A DNA stretch of 64,000 nt from Pseudomonadota bacterium (GCA_021817985.1 JAKAFK010000003.1:7136-71135); one strand, 5' to 3'; counted from the stretch's first letter, positions 49,908 through 60,892 are shown. Notes: generated from the letters alone by a model not told the origin. A program made the numbers and translations.

Positions 49908-50273
49908 TTACTTCGGAATGTCCTTGGGCTTGGGTGCGGCATTGGCCGGGCTCGCCGGCGACGGCATGGCGGGGCCGTTCGGAGCAGGCAAGCTCTTCGG
50001 CATGATCGTGTTCTGCGACGTCATCACGCCCCCGGGCTTGGCTGTTTGCGCCGATAAATAGGTCAGCCCCAGGCTGGTCATGAAGAACACGGCGGCCAGG
50101 ATCGCGGTGGTGCGGCTCAGGAAGTTGGCGGATCCGGTCGCGCCAAACAGGCTGCCCGAGGCGCCGCTGCCGAAGGCGGCCCCCATGTCGGCACCCTTCC
50201 CGTGCTGCAGCAGCACCAGGCCGATAATGGCCAGGGCAGCCAGCACATGTACAATCCAGACAAGAATTTCCAT
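49908..50273 (-). CDS. secG: Preprotein translocase subunit SecG
   Basis: LLQHGKGADMGAAFGSGASGSLFG..NFLSRTT. Confidence 0.97.
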   Translation of the reverse strand: MEILVWIVHVLAALAIIGLVLLQHGKGADMGAAFGSGASGSLFGATGSANFLSRTTAILAAVFFMTSLGLTYLSAQTAKPGGVMTSQNTIMPKSLPAPNGPAMPSPASPANAAPKPKDIPK

Positions 50274-50346
50274 TTCAACCCATCATTGCGTTGACGAACA
50301 CCCGAGCGCGGACGCCTCAGGGCCTCACCCTCGGCGCCCGATCCCT

Positions 50347-51111
50347 TCAGGCGGCGCGCTGCTCCGCAGCCATGCAGATGGCCACGAAGTCTTCCACGAC
50401 CAGGGAAGCCCCGCCAATCAATCCGCCGTCGATATCGGGCATAGCAAATAATTGTGCCGCATTCGCCGCCTTTACGCTACCCCCGTATTGGATCGTCAGG
50501 CGTTCGCCCAGTTCGCGGCTCGCCTGCGCAACCCGTCCCCGGATGAAGGCATGCACGGCCTGCGCCTGTTCCGGCGTCGCAGTCTTGCCCGTGCCGATTG
50601 CCCAGACAGGCTCGTAGGCCACCACTGCCCGAGAGAAAAGATCCAGGCCGGCCGCCTCGATGACGGCGTCCAGCTGGCGTGCCACCACGGTCTCGGTCAC
50701 GCCGCCCTCCCGCTCGCCCAAGGATTCGCCGACGCACAGGATGGGGGTCAAACCGGCGCGAGCCGCGGCGACAAACTTCTTGGCGACCCATGCATCGTCT
50801 TCGCCGTACAGGGCACGGCGCTCGGAATGCCCGACAATCGCATAGCGCGAGCCAAAATCGTTCAGCATCGCCGCCGAGACCTCGCCGGTATAGGCCCCCT
50901 GGACATGCTCGCTCACATCCTGCGCCCCCCACGAAAGGTGCGTGCCGGACAGCGCGGCCTGCGCCTGGAAGAGGTAGGGAAAGGGCACACACACGCCGAA
51001 GTCCGCGCCCGTGCGGTCATTCAAAGCGGCCGCCAAGGCATCCAGAAGCGCCTGATTCTGCGCCAAATTGCCATGCATCTTCCAATTGCCGACCACGAGC
51101 TTTTTTCGCAT
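50347..51111 (-). CDS. tpiA: Triosephosphate isomerase
   Basis: [34 protein letters not shown]. Confidence 0.98.
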   Translation of the reverse strand: MRKKLVVGNWKMHGNLAQNQALLDALAAALNDRTGADFGVCVPFPYLFQAQAALSGTHLSWGAQDVSEHVQGAYTGEVSAAMLNDFGSRYAIVGHSERRALYGEDDAWVAKKFVAAARAGLTPILCVGESLGEREGGVTETVVARQLDAVIEAAGLDLFSRAVVAYEPVWAIGTGKTATPEQAQAVHAFIRGRVAQASRELGERLTIQYGGSVKAANAAQLFAMPDIDGGLIGGASLVVEDFVAICMAAEQRAA

Positions 51112-51233
51112 CGCCCACCCCCAAAAAAAAGAGAGCAGATACTACCGGCGATGCCCCTCGGGGTCAATCCCAAGGCCGCTCATCACGTTGGCGGCACCGC
51201 TCCTCGCTCGCTCAATGCGACAAGGAAGTCCCG

Positions 51234-51242
51234 ATTATAGCA
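51234..51242 (-). promoter_or_regulatory. Extended -10 promoter for tpiA-secG
   Basis: Minus strand TG-C-TATAAT about 125 nt upstream of tpiA. Confidence 0.5.
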
Positions 51243-51404
51243 CCAGTGAGTGCCGTTGCGGCGCCCGGGCAAACACGAAAACGCATGGAACATTCCAATC
51301 GCGCCGCTTTTGCCGCCACGACTGCCGGCACCGACCCAGCCGCAACCGACCGGGGATCTGCCGGAAAAGCCGATTCAGCCGGGCCCCCCGGCCGGGTCAC
51401 CCGG

Positions 51405-52799
51405 CTAATCAAGTCGCGAAATGATCTGATTCGTTCCAGGCTGCGGCGCTCTGCTCACCTGATCCAGATAAAGCGAGACGAGCAGCCCCACCAACCCCAG
51501 GCTCACCACTGCCGCAATCCAGAATCCAGCGGCGCCGCGGGCGGGCCCCAGCCGATTGGTCAAGCCCAGGACCACGCCGCCCCCGATGCCCAGGGACCAG
51601 AGCGCACTCGTGTAGATCAGCATCGGGACGCCGGATTTCTTGTAGCCCCTCAGGGCGTTGACTGCAGTCGCCTGCAGTGCGTCCGCCAGATGGTAAAAAC
51701 CGACCAGCACGATCAGATGGGCCGCCACGGCCCGCACCGCCGGCTGTGAGGTATAGAGTGCCGCAATGCGTTGCGAATTGGTCCACAAGAGCAGGCTAAG
51801 ACCCAGCGCAATGGCCAGCCCCAGGCGAATGCCCGTCCAGCTCAGGTGCCGGGCGCTGGCAGGCCGGTCCGCCCCGATCGCCTGCCCCACAAGCACCGCG
51901 GCGGCGTTGCCGAGCGCCAGCGGGATCATGTAGGCGAAGACCGCAATGTTTGCCGCGATTTGGTGGGCGGCCGAATAAACCGGGCCGAGCCGGGCGATGA
52001 AAAGCGCCATGAACGTGAACGCCGTCACGTCGGCGAAAAAGGTCAATCCGATGGGCACGCCGAGCCTCATGAAGGACAGGATGGCCTTCCAGTCAGGCCA
52101 GGGGAACCGGGCATGAAGATTGAATTGCGCATAGTCGTGTCGACCCAGGCACCAACCCCAGGCCAGAACGGCCACCAGATTCGCGTCGATGGCGGTTGCG
52201 ACGGCGCACCCGGGCGCCCCCATGGCAGGGGCACCGTAGAGGCCATACATGAACAGATAGTTCAAGGGAACCTTCAGGGCGAGGGCCAGAAGGTTGAACG
52301 TCGTCACCGGCCACGGACGGCCGATCCCGGTCGAAAAGCCAAAAAAAAGCCGGAATGCGAGCGTGCCCGGCACGCCCCACGCCGACGCTGCCAGGTAGCT
52401 GCGCACTTTGTCCTCCACCCCGGGCTGCAACCGTGATACCGCGATGAAGGGTCCAGGATGCGTCAGCGCGAGGATCGAAATGAGCGCCAACGCGAGCGAT
52501 ATCCACAGGCTTTGGTGGATCTCCCGGCCGATCGCCTCGCGGCGACCCGCCCCGTAAAGCTGTCCGACGAGTGGGGGCAACGCCAGCAAGACACCGAGCA
52601 AAGACATGAATACGGTGGCCTGGATAGACGCCCCGATGCCCACCGCAGCGAGGTCAACCGTGGACAGATGCCCTGCCATCGCGGTATCGATGACGGCATT
52701 CGCAAGGACCGCGATCTGGGCGACATAAATGGGCCACGCCAGTCGAAGGATATCAAGCGCGTGCGAGCGTGACGGATGGTGGTCTGCGGCGGCGGTCAA
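51405..52799 (-). CDS. MATE-family efflux pump (NorM-like)
   Basis: LAWPI, DTAMAG, 12-TM pattern, LGVPIG, AAHQIA, DALQ..ALRGYK. Confidence 0.9.
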   Translation of the reverse strand: MTAAADHHPSRSHALDILRLAWPIYVAQIAVLANAVIDTAMAGHLSTVDLAAVGIGASIQATVFMSLLGVLLALPPLVGQLYGAGRREAIGREIHQSLWISLALALISILALTHPGPFIAVSRLQPGVEDKVRSYLAASAWGVPGTLAFRLFFGFSTGIGRPWPVTTFNLLALALKVPLNYLFMYGLYGAPAMGAPGCAVATAIDANLVAVLAWGWCLGRHDYAQFNLHARFPWPDWKAILSFMRLGVPIGLTFFADVTAFTFMALFIARLGPVYSAAHQIAANIAVFAYMIPLALGNAAAVLVGQAIGADRPASARHLSWTGIRLGLAIALGLSLLLWTNSQRIAALYTSQPAVRAVAAHLIVLVGFYHLADALQATAVNALRGYKKSGVPMLIYTSALWSLGIGGGVVLGLTNRLGPARGAAGFWIAAVVSLGLVGLLVSLYLDQVSRAPQPGTNQIISRLD

Positions 52800-53061
52800 G
52801 ACGGTTTTCGCTTTATCGAACGGATGATTTTATCGCGCGGGATCTCGACATGCCGGGGGGGGCGCCATGCGAGTCCGAATGGGCGTCTTTACCACAATCC
52901 GGATCCTGACGCCACCGTATGCCCCAGGAGCGATCAGCCAGGGCGCTTGGCGCACGGGTTGGCGCAACCCGGTCGCGAGACCGTCTGTTTGGGGCGCGCC
53001 AGATGGGAGCGGCCGGTCGAGGCGGAAGCATCCCCGCCCTGGGCGCATGACGAGGGCGGCG

Positions 53062-53478
53062 TCATTTCAGGTACGGGTGTTCTAACTGCTGCTGCTCGAG
53101 TCGGAATTCCTGTAGCTGCCGCTGCTGTTCAATGCGGAACTGCTGCCGCTGAGTCTCCAGCCTTTGACGCCGAATCGCGTCGGGTTGCGGGATCCCGGCT
53201 TGGCGCAATTGCTGGAATTGACGAATCTGCCGTTGTTGCAGCTCTTGTTGCCGCAGCCGCTGATTGAGCTGAAGGCTCTCCAGCCGCCGCCGTTGGTCCG
53301 GCGACAACTGCGGATTGGCGAGCTGCTGAGCCTGCTGTTCGCGCAGTCGCAGCTCTTCTTGCTGCTGATCGCGCATGAGCAGGCCGCGCTGAATCGCCGG
53401 ATTCAGGTTCTGGGCAATTGCCGAACCGCACCAAAGGAGCCCCATCGCCGGCAAGAACCACCGAATCAGCCTCCGCAC
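53062..53478 (-). CDS. Small secreted Gln/Arg-rich helical hypothetical protein (138 aa)
   Basis: GTG start, signal peptide RRLIRWFLPAMGLLWCGSAIA, then QQQEELRLREQQAQQ..LSPDQRRRL..RQQFRIEQQRQLQEFRLEQQQ. Confidence 0.6.
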   Translation of the reverse strand: MRRLIRWFLPAMGLLWCGSAIAQNLNPAIQRGLLMRDQQQEELRLREQQAQQLANPQLSPDQRRRLESLQLNQRLRQQELQQRQIRQFQQLRQAGIPQPDAIRRQRLETQRQQFRIEQQRQLQEFRLEQQQLEHPYLK

Positions 53479-53574
53479 CCGCCCCCGAAGGCATCGCTTC
53501 GCCAAGCTGGCCTCAGGGTTTGAACAGTTACATGAATAATTGCGCGTTCTTGCGCAATGATGTATATCCTGAAC

Positions 53575-54204
53575 ATGCCACGCAGGAGGGTCAGCATCCA
53601 TGAAGCCGCCGAGTTCCTGGGCGTTGCAGCGCAAACACTGCGGCGATGGGAGCGCGAAGGCAAACTCATTCCCGACGAGCGCACGCCGGGCGGGCGGCAG
53701 CGTTACGACCTTGCGCGGCTGCGTCCCGACCAATTCCACGCGGAGGAAGCGTCGCGTCGCACCATCGCCTACGCTCGCGTGTCCAGCCACGACCAGAAGG
53801 ACGACCTGGAACGGCAGAAGCAGGTGCTCGAACGCTACTGCGCCCGTCAGGGCTGGACGTTCGAGGTCATCGCCGATCTCGGCTCTGGCATGAATTACCA
53901 CAAGAAGGGACTCACGCGACTGCTCGATGCCGTCATCGACGGCGAGAGCGGGCGGCTGGTCATCACGCACAGGGACCGGCTGCTGCGTTTCGGCGCGGAA
54001 CTGGTGTTCGCCATCTGCGAGGCCAAGAACGTCGAGGTGGTGATTCTCAACCAAGGCGAGGACACGACCTTCGAGGAAGACCTCGCCAAGGACGTGCTGG
54101 AGATCATCACCGTGTTCAGCGCCCGGCTGTACGGCAGCCGCTCGCGCAAGAACCGGAAGCTGCTCGAGGGCGTGCGGGCCGCCGTGGAGAATGCCGCATG
54201 CTGA
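53575..54204 (+). CDS. tnpA: IS607 serine transposase TnpA
   Basis: MerR-like HTH (SIHEAAEFLGVAAQTLRRWE..TPGGRQRY), IAYARVSS catalytic motif, THRDRLLRFG, FSARLYGSRS. Confidence 0.95.
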   Translation: MPRRRVSIHEAAEFLGVAAQTLRRWEREGKLIPDERTPGGRQRYDLARLRPDQFHAEEASRRTIAYARVSSHDQKDDLERQKQVLERYCARQGWTFEVIADLGSGMNYHKKGLTRLLDAVIDGESGRLVITHRDRLLRFGAELVFAICEAKNVEVVILNQGEDTTFEEDLAKDVLEIITVFSARLYGSRSRKNRKLLEGVRAAVENAAC

Positions 54205-55394
54205 TCGCCCATCGCATCGCGCTCGACCCGAACAATGTCCAGGCGACATACCTTGCTCGTGCGGCGGGCACGGCGCGGTTCGCTTACAACTGGGCATTGG
54301 CCGAGTGGAAGCGCCAGTACGGGGCGTGGAAGGCCGACAACGCTTTGCCCAAGCCCTCGCAGGCCGCGCTGCGGCGGCAGTTGAACGCGATCAAGCGCGA
54401 GCGGTTCCCGTGGATGCTGGAAGTGACAAAGAACGCGCCGCAGATGGCGATCATCCAGTTGGGACAGGCGTTCCAGAATTTCTTCGCGGGCCGCGCCCGC
54501 TATCCCGCCTTTCGCAAGAAAGGCGTGCACGACCGCTTCACGCTCACCAACGACCAGTTCGACATCGACGGTTCGCGCATTCGCATCCCCAACCTTGGCT
54601 GGGTGCGCATGCGCGAGACGTTGCGCTTCCAGGCCAAGATCATGTCGGCCACGCTCTCCCGTGTGGCCGACCGCTGGTTCGTCAGCATCGCCGTGGACAC
54701 ACCCGATAGCTCGCATCTGCCCAAAGCCAAAAACCAAGGCGAGGCCGGTGTCGATCTGGGGGTGTCGGCGCTGGCGACGCTCTCGACGGGAGAAACGATC
54801 CCTGGGCCGAAACCCCACAAGGCGCTGCTGGACCGCTTGCGCAGGCTCTCGCGGAGTCTGTCGCGCAAGGTTAAGGGATCGGCCAACCGCCGCAAGGCCA
54901 AGGCCAAACTGGCGAAGCTGCACGCCCGTATCGCCGCAGTCCGCTCGGACGCCCTGCACAAGCTCACCACAGACCTCACGCGCCGGTTCCACACCATCGG
55001 CATCGAGGACCTGAACGTGCGCGGCATGGTGAAGAACCGCCACCTGGCCCGCTCCATCGCCGACATGGGCTTCTTCGAGTGCAGGCGGCAACTGGAGTAC
55101 AAGGCGGCGATGCGCGGCGGGCGGGTCGTGGTCGCTGATCGCTTCTTTGCGAGCAGCAAGACGTGCTCGACGTGCGGGCACAAGCTGGGCGATCTGCCGC
55201 TGTCGGTGCGCGAATGGACGTGCCCGGCCTGTGGTGTGATCCACGACCGTGATGTGAATGCGGCGGTGAACCTCAAGACCATGGCCGTGAGTTCCACGGT
55301 CCCAGCCTGTGGAGAGGATGGCTCTGGCTCGGGTCGCAAGACCCGAGTGAAACCAGCCTCGGCGAAGCAGGAAGTCAGCTTTGTTCCTGTTTAG
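54198..55394 (+). CDS. tnpB: RNA-guided endonuclease TnpB (398 aa, canonical)
   Basis: GTARFAYNW, RuvC GVDLGV / IGIEDLNV / HDRDVNAAVNL, Zn finger CSTC..CPAC. Confidence 0.95.
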   Translation: MLIAHRIALDPNNVQATYLARAAGTARFAYNWALAEWKRQYGAWKADNALPKPSQAALRRQLNAIKRERFPWMLEVTKNAPQMAIIQLGQAFQNFFAGRARYPAFRKKGVHDRFTLTNDQFDIDGSRIRIPNLGWVRMRETLRFQAKIMSATLSRVADRWFVSIAVDTPDSSHLPKAKNQGEAGVDLGVSALATLSTGETIPGPKPHKALLDRLRRLSRSLSRKVKGSANRRKAKAKLAKLHARIAAVRSDALHKLTTDLTRRFHTIGIEDLNVRGMVKNRHLARSIADMGFFECRRQLEYKAAMRGGRVVVADRFFASSKTCSTCGHKLGDLPLSVREWTCPACGVIHDRDVNAAVNLKTMAVSSTVPACGEDGSGSGRKTRVKPASAKQEVSFVPV

Positions 55395-55422
55395 GCAGGA
55401 ATGAGTAAGTCTGATGGAACGG
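55281..55422 (+). ncRNA. Predicted omegaRNA scaffold of element 2
   Basis: TCCAC/GTGGA stem (55293-55313), CTCGGGTC-GCAA-GACCCGAG GNRA hairpin (55328-55347), TTCCTG/CAGGAA stem (55384-55401), GTTCC (55291) complementary to terminal GGAAC. Confidence 0.7.
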
Positions 55423-55794
55423 TGCCTGCGCCTGCGTGTGGTGTCCATCTAAGCCCCCTCAAACAGTTCACGCCTTTTCATCATGCACCATTTGGAGCAC
55501 AGCCTGGATCTGATGCGGATGATCCGCCGTTTGGCGTCCAGGCCAGCATGTCCCTCACTGTCCGGCGATCGGCTGCCCGGTGGCCAAGAGCGGCGCCCAA
55601 TCGAACGGGATACGCGCGCGAAGGTGCCCGCCGCGGCGCCGGGCGCCTGCGCCTTGAGCAGCGCCGGAACGCTTCATGCGGCAAGGCGGGCGAGCCCGCG
55701 CCGGCATCCGCCGGTGACTGTTTTCGACTCATTTGAGGGTGCGGATCCCCTCGGTCGCCGGCACGCGAAGCGGCTTGACATCGAATTGTCACAG

Positions 55795-55828
55795 TTGTCA
55801 CATTTCGGTCATCTTCGTCCTTTAGAAT
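55795..55828 (+). promoter_or_regulatory. PhoB box and -10 element upstream of pstC
   Basis: TTGTCAC-ATTT-CGGTCAT (11-bp periodicity) then exactly 10 nt to TAGAAT, the classical Pho promoter geometry. Confidence 0.75.
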
Positions 55829-55981
55829 AGCAGGCAGTTCGTGCCGAAACGCCTGTTGGGCGTGGGGCCGCAAGGCAGCGCATCGACGCCGCCGGCACAC
55901 CCGGTAACAAATATTGTCCCATTGCGACTATAATAGGGGGCCTTTTTTTTGCTGCCATCAGACTTCCCCAACCAGGCCACG

Positions 55982-56944
55982 ATGTCCAAAACTTTCACCG
56001 ACGTCCATCTCAGCCGACAACGCCTGCTTGACCGCGGTTTCCGGGGTGCCACCCGATTCTTTGCCTTTTCGGTCCTGGCCGTGCTGCTCGGCATCATCGG
56101 GTCGCTGATCGTGGGCAGCCTGCCCGCCATCAAAGCCTTCGGCCTGCATTTCCTGGTCAGCTCGCATTGGAATCCGGTCACCAACAACTTCGGCGCGGCC
56201 GTCGCCGTGTATGGCACGCTGGTCACCTCCGCGATCGCCATGCTGATCGGCATACCGGTCAGCTTCGGCATTGCCTTGTTTCTGACGGAACTCTCGCCGC
56301 GCTGGCTCAAGCAGCCGCTCGGGATCGCCGTCGAACTGCTGGCGGGAATCCCCAGCATCATCTATGGCATGTGGGGCCTGTTCGTCTTCGCTCCCGCATT
56401 CGCCGACAAGGTTGAACCCTGGATCAGCGACAAAATGGGCGGTTGGCCCGTGGTCGGCCCCATCTTCAACGGCCCCCCCATGGGCATCGGGATGCTGGCC
56501 GCCGGCCTCATCCTCTCGATCATGGTCATCCCCTTCATCGCATCGGTCATGCGCGACGTCTTCGAGGTCGTCCCCGCCATGCTCAAGGAGTCGGCCTACG
56601 GGCTCGGCGCCACGACCTGGGAGGTGGTATGGCATGTCGTTCTCCCCTACACCAAGGCGGGGGTCGTCGGCGGCATCATGCTGGGCCTCGGACGCGCGCT
56701 GGGCGAGACGATGGCCGTCACCTTCGTCATCGGCAATGCCCATGACTTCAGCGCATCGCTCCTCATGCCGGGGACAAGCATTGCCTCCTCGATCGCGAAC
56801 GAATTCACCGAGGCCTATGGCAAGCGCTATGCGGGTTCCCTGATCGAACTCGGCCTCATCTTGTTCGTCATCACCTTCATCGTGCTTTCCTTGGCCAAGC
56901 TCCTGCTCATCCAGTTGACCAGGAAGGAAGGCCAACTGTCCTAA
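55982..56944 (+). CDS. pstC: Phosphate ABC transporter permease PstC
   Basis: [35 protein letters not shown]. Confidence 0.96.
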   Translation: MSKTFTDVHLSRQRLLDRGFRGATRFFAFSVLAVLLGIIGSLIVGSLPAIKAFGLHFLVSSHWNPVTNNFGAAVAVYGTLVTSAIAMLIGIPVSFGIALFLTELSPRWLKQPLGIAVELLAGIPSIIYGMWGLFVFAPAFADKVEPWISDKMGGWPVVGPIFNGPPMGIGMLAAGLILSIMVIPFIASVMRDVFEVVPAMLKESAYGLGATTWEVVWHVVLPYTKAGVVGGIMLGLGRALGETMAVTFVIGNAHDFSASLLMPGTSIASSIANEFTEAYGKRYAGSLIELGLILFVITFIVLSLAKLLLIQLTRKEGQLS

Positions 56945-56952
56945 TAGAGGCT

Positions 56953-57801
56953 ATGATGTGGTCACTTTACACCCGTAGGCGCCTCGTGAACGGCGTCAAC
57001 CTGGCCATTTCCATGCTCGCGATGGGCTTCGGCCTGTTCTGGTTGGGCTGGATACTTTGGACCCTCGTGCTGAAAGGGGCCGTGGCCATGAAGCCTTCGC
57101 TCTTCACGATGGTCACGCCGCCGCCCGGCATGCCCGGCGGCCTGTCCAACGCGATCGTGGGCAGTCTCTATCTCACCGTTTTCGCGACGGCCCTGGGTAC
57201 GCCCGTCGGCATCCTTGCCGGCGTCTACCTGGCGGAATTCGGGCAACGCGGCTGGCTGGCACCCGCCACCCGCTTCATCAACGACGTGCTGTTGAGCGCG
57301 CCGTCGATCATTCTTGGCCTGTTCGTCTATGAAATCTATGTGGTGCATACCCGCCACTTCTCTGGCTGGGCCGGCGTCTTCGCCCTGGCCCTCTTGGTCA
57401 TCCCGGTCGTCGTGCGCACCACCGAGAACATGCTGCGCCTGGTCCCCCACACCCTGCGTGAGGCGGCGGCCGCGCTCGGCGCCCCCCACTGGAAGATCAT
57501 TACCCTGGTGACCCTGAAATCGGCGCGCGCCGGCATTCTCACCGGCATGCTGCTCGCGGTCGCGCGCATTACCGGCGAGACGGCGCCCCTCCTGTTCACG
57601 GCGCTCAACAATCAGTTCTGGAGCCTGGACATGAACAAGCCCATGGCCAACCTGCCCATGGTCATCTTCAATTTCGCCCTGAGTCCCTATGACGACTGGC
57701 ATGTCCTGGCCTGGGGCGGGGCGTTGCTCACCACGATTGGCGTCCTGGGCCTCAACATCCTTGCCCGCGTCCTATTCCGTCAGAAATCCCATCCGCTATG
57801 A
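56953..57801 (+). CDS. pstA: Phosphate ABC transporter permease PstA
   Basis: [40 protein letters not shown]. Confidence 0.96.
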   Translation: MMWSLYTRRRLVNGVNLAISMLAMGFGLFWLGWILWTLVLKGAVAMKPSLFTMVTPPPGMPGGLSNAIVGSLYLTVFATALGTPVGILAGVYLAEFGQRGWLAPATRFINDVLLSAPSIILGLFVYEIYVVHTRHFSGWAGVFALALLVIPVVVRTTENMLRLVPHTLREAAAALGAPHWKIITLVTLKSARAGILTGMLLAVARITGETAPLLFTALNNQFWSLDMNKPMANLPMVIFNFALSPYDDWHVLAWGGALLTTIGVLGLNILARVLFRQKSHPL

Positions 57802-58601
57802 GCATCCAGACCAGCAAAGAACAACTCAGCCCGATCTCGCAACCGCCGGTCGCCAAGATCACGGTGCGCGACCTGAATTTCTATTACGGCAATTTTCACG
57901 CCCTCAAGAATATCAACCTCGACATTCCCGAGCGGCGCGTCACCGCCTTCATTGGCCCCTCCGGCTGCGGCAAGTCGACGCTGCTGCGCATCTTCAACCG
58001 CATGTACGAACTCTACCCCAAACACCGCGCGGAAGGCGAAGTCATCCTGGACCACGAGAATATTCTCGATCCCGGGCAGGACCTCTATAAGCTGCGCGCG
58101 CGCGTGGGCATGGTGTTCCAGAAGCCGACGCCATTTCCGATGTCGATCTACGACAACATCGCATTCGGGGTCAAGCTCTATGAAAGCCTCAGTCGACGCG
58201 ACATGGCCGACCGTGTGGAGTGGGCGCTTCGCAAGGCCGCATTGTGGGGAGAGGTGAAGGACAAGCTCAAGCAAAGCGGCACGAGTTTGTCAGGGGGGCA
58301 GCAGCAGCGCCTGTGCATCGCGCGCGCCATCGCCGTGCGGCCGGAAGTGGTGCTGCTGGACGAGCCCGCCTCCGCGCTCGACCCGATTTCGACCGCCCAT
58401 ATCGAGGAGCTCATCCACGAGCTCAAGACGGACTACACCATCGTCATCGTCACCCATAACATGCAACAAGCCGCCCGGGTCTCGGACTACACCGCCTACA
58501 TGTATTTAGGCGAACTCATCGAGTTCGGCGATACGGACGTCGTGTTCACCACGCCGAAGAAGAAGGCCACCGAAGACTATATCACCGGGAAGTTCGGCTG
58601 A
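57798..58601 (+). CDS. pstB: Phosphate ABC transporter ATPase PstB
   Basis: [46 protein letters not shown]. Confidence 0.97.
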   Translation: MSIQTSKEQLSPISQPPVAKITVRDLNFYYGNFHALKNINLDIPERRVTAFIGPSGCGKSTLLRIFNRMYELYPKHRAEGEVILDHENILDPGQDLYKLRARVGMVFQKPTPFPMSIYDNIAFGVKLYESLSRRDMADRVEWALRKAALWGEVKDKLKQSGTSLSGGQQQRLCIARAIAVRPEVVLLDEPASALDPISTAHIEELIHELKTDYTIVIVTHNMQQAARVSDYTAYMYLGELIEFGDTDVVFTTPKKKATEDYITGKFG

Positions 58602-58619
58602 CCGCGCGGCATGGGCGTC

Positions 58620-59981
58620 TCATGCGCCGGCTGCAGCCCGCACCGTCTCGGCGATGGAGTTGGCCCAGTGCTGTACCTTCTCCAATGACCGTCCCTCGAC
58701 CATCACGCGCACCACGGGCTCGGTACCGGACGAGCGCAGCAGCAGACGTCCCGTCCCGTTGAGCTCGCACTCGGCTTCGACCAGCGCGGCCTGGACGGCG
58801 ATATTGGCCCGCGCATCGAACTCCTTGGGCACCCGTACGTTGACGAGGACCTGCGGATAGAGCGTGAGATCCCGTGTCGCCTCCGCGAGCGTGGCCTTGG
58901 CGGCGCGCAATGCGTGCATGACCTGCAGCGCCGAGATGATCCCGTCACCGGTACTGTGCTTGTCCAGGCAGATGAGATGCCCGGAACCCTCACCCCCGAG
59001 CTGCCAGCCCTGGGCCTTCATCATCTCGAGGACGTAGCGATCGCCCACGTTGGCGCGCGCGAAAGGGACCTTCAGTTTCTCGAAGGCATGTTCCACGCCA
59101 AGATTGGTCATCAGCGTACCCACCACGCCCCCGCGCAGCGTTCCTGACTTCAGCCGGTGGCGGGCGATGACATAAAGGAGCTGGTCCCCGTCGTAAAGGC
59201 GTCCCTCGGCATCGACCATCAGCACCCGGTCGCCATCCCCGTCAAAGGCCACACCGATATCGGCGCCATGCTCGCGAACGGCCGCCCGCAGCGTTTCCGC
59301 ATGGGTCGAGCCGCAGTCCTCGTTGATGTTGAGCCCGCTGGGCTGCACGCCGATGGGCACCACTTCGGCCCCCAGTTCATGAAAGACGTGCGGCGCGATG
59401 TGGTAGGTTGCGCCATGCGCGCAATCGACCACGATCTTCTGCCCGCGCAGGTCCATCTCATTGGGAAACGCGCTCTTGCAGAACTCGATGTAGCGCCCGG
59501 CGGCATCGTCGATGCGCCGCGCCTTGCCGAGCCGCGCCGATGGCTGGCATTGGAGCGGCCCCCCCATGGCCGCCTCCATGGCGCGCTCCACCTTGTCCGG
59601 GAGCTTGGTGCCCATGCTCGAGAAGAGCTTGATGCCGTTATCCTCGAACGGATTGTGCGAGGCGCTGATCACCGCACCGGCCTGCAGCCTCAGGGCCCTC
59701 GTCAGATACGCCACCGCCGGCGTCGGCATCGGTCCCACGAGGTAGACATCCACGCCGGCCGCCGACAGCCCTGCCTGCAACGCCGATTCGAGCATGTAGC
59801 CGGAAATCCGGGTATCCTTGCCGATGATGACGCCGGGACGATCATGGGGCTCTCCCGCGCCTGCCTGCGCCAGCACCGTCCCTGCGGCATAGCCTAAGCG
59901 CATGACGAGCTCGGGCGTAATCGGCTCCTGCCCCACCCGGCCACGCACACCGTCCGTCCCGAAGTATCTCTTAGTCATCAA
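58620..59981 (-). CDS. glmM: Phosphoglucosamine mutase
   Basis: [30 protein letters not shown]. Confidence 0.97.
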   Translation of the reverse strand: MMTKRYFGTDGVRGRVGQEPITPELVMRLGYAAGTVLAQAGAGEPHDRPGVIIGKDTRISGYMLESALQAGLSAAGVDVYLVGPMPTPAVAYLTRALRLQAGAVISASHNPFEDNGIKLFSSMGTKLPDKVERAMEAAMGGPLQCQPSARLGKARRIDDAAGRYIEFCKSAFPNEMDLRGQKIVVDCAHGATYHIAPHVFHELGAEVVPIGVQPSGLNINEDCGSTHAETLRAAVREHGADIGVAFDGDGDRVLMVDAEGRLYDGDQLLYVIARHRLKSGTLRGGVVGTLMTNLGVEHAFEKLKVPFARANVGDRYVLEMMKAQGWQLGGEGSGHLICLDKHSTGDGIISALQVMHALRAAKATLAEATRDLTLYPQVLVNVRVPKEFDARANIAVQAALVEAECELNGTGRLLLRSSGTEPVVRVMVEGRSLEKVQHWANSIAETVRAAAGA

Positions 59982-60811
59982 ACCGTCTCCTGAAAAGCGG
60001 CCACGACCGCCAACGCATCGCGCGTGGCCCGCACATCATGCACCCGCACGATGCGCGCGCCCTCCACGACCGCGAGCACGGCAGCCGCGACAGAGCCGGA
60101 CACCCGTTCGCCCACCGGACGTCCGGTCAGTTGCCCAATCATCGATTTCCTGGACAGCCCGACCAGGATCGGCACGCCGAGGTCCGAGAACCGCCCAAGA
60201 TGACGCAAGAGCACGAGGTTGTGTTCAAGGCCCTTGCCGAAGCCGAACCCCGGATCGACCGTCAACCGTTCGCGGGCGATGCCCGCCTGCCGGGCCGCCG
60301 CAACCCGCCGCGCAAGAAACGCATGCACCTCGCCCACTACGTCATGATAGCTCGGCGCACGCTGCATGGTGCGCGGCTCGCCCTGCATATGCATCAGGCA
60401 TACCGCCGCAGGCAGCGCCGCCGCCGCCGCCACCGCGCCTTCCGCCTGAAGGGCGTTGATGTCATTAATGAAGCCCACTCCCGCACGCACCGCCTCCCGC
60501 ATCACCACAGGCTTGTAGGTATCGATGGACAGCGGGATGCCGATCCCCTTGAGACCTTCGATGACGGGCATGATTCGGGCCAGTTCCTCCTCGGCCCCCA
60601 CGGGCGGCGCCCCTGGGCGCGTGGACTCTCCCCCCAGGTCGAGGATGTCCGCCCCATCCTCCTTGAGGCGCCATGCGCGCTCGATGGCCCGCGCCGGGTC
60701 GAACGCTTCCCCTCCGTCGGAAAAGGAATCAGGCGTCACGTTGACGATCCCCATGATGCGGGGAACGTCGAGCGAAAGTCGAAAGGCACCACATTGGAGG
60801 AAAGGCAGCAT
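59978..60811 (-). CDS. folP: Dihydropteroate synthase
   Basis: [39 protein letters not shown]. Confidence 0.97.
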   Translation of the reverse strand: MLPFLQCGAFRLSLDVPRIMGIVNVTPDSFSDGGEAFDPARAIERAWRLKEDGADILDLGGESTRPGAPPVGAEEELARIMPVIEGLKGIGIPLSIDTYKPVVMREAVRAGVGFINDINALQAEGAVAAAAALPAAVCLMHMQGEPRTMQRAPSYHDVVGEVHAFLARRVAAARQAGIARERLTVDPGFGFGKGLEHNLVLLRHLGRFSDLGVPILVGLSRKSMIGQLTGRPVGERVSGSVAAAVLAVVEGARIVRVHDVRATRDALAVVAAFQETV

Positions 60812-60846
60812 CCACGAAGCCCCGGGGCAGGTGGAAGAAGCAACAC

Positions 60847-60877
60847 GGCTCGCGAGGCGTCGGGCGCCTCGCGAGCC
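60847..60877 (-). terminator. Rho-independent terminator-like hairpin after ftsH
   Basis: Perfect 13-bp stem GGCTCGCGAGGCG-TCGGG-CGCCTCGCGAGCC followed on the minus strand by GTGTTGCTTCTT. Confidence 0.55.
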
Positions 60878-60892
60878 GCATCCTTGACGGCG

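Larger units (their letters stand above)
53517..55422 (+). mobile_element. IS607-family element 2 (intact tnpA + tnpB)
   Basis: Overlapping tnpA/tnpB; left junction CTCAG-GG-T (53517-53518), right end GATGGAAC-GG-T (55421-55422); left end inferred, right end clearer. Confidence 0.88.

Noticed and set aside
53646-55394. 582-aa ORF suggesting a TnpA-TnpB fusion or longer TnpB
   Set aside because: The N-terminal part is an off-frame overlap of tnpA; the real tnpB starts at ATG 54198 overlapping the tnpA stop
55450-55745. CCCTCAAA / TTTGAGGG inverted 8-mers about 280 bp apart as a possible MITE
   Set aside because: Too short, no target duplication and no second copy in the window
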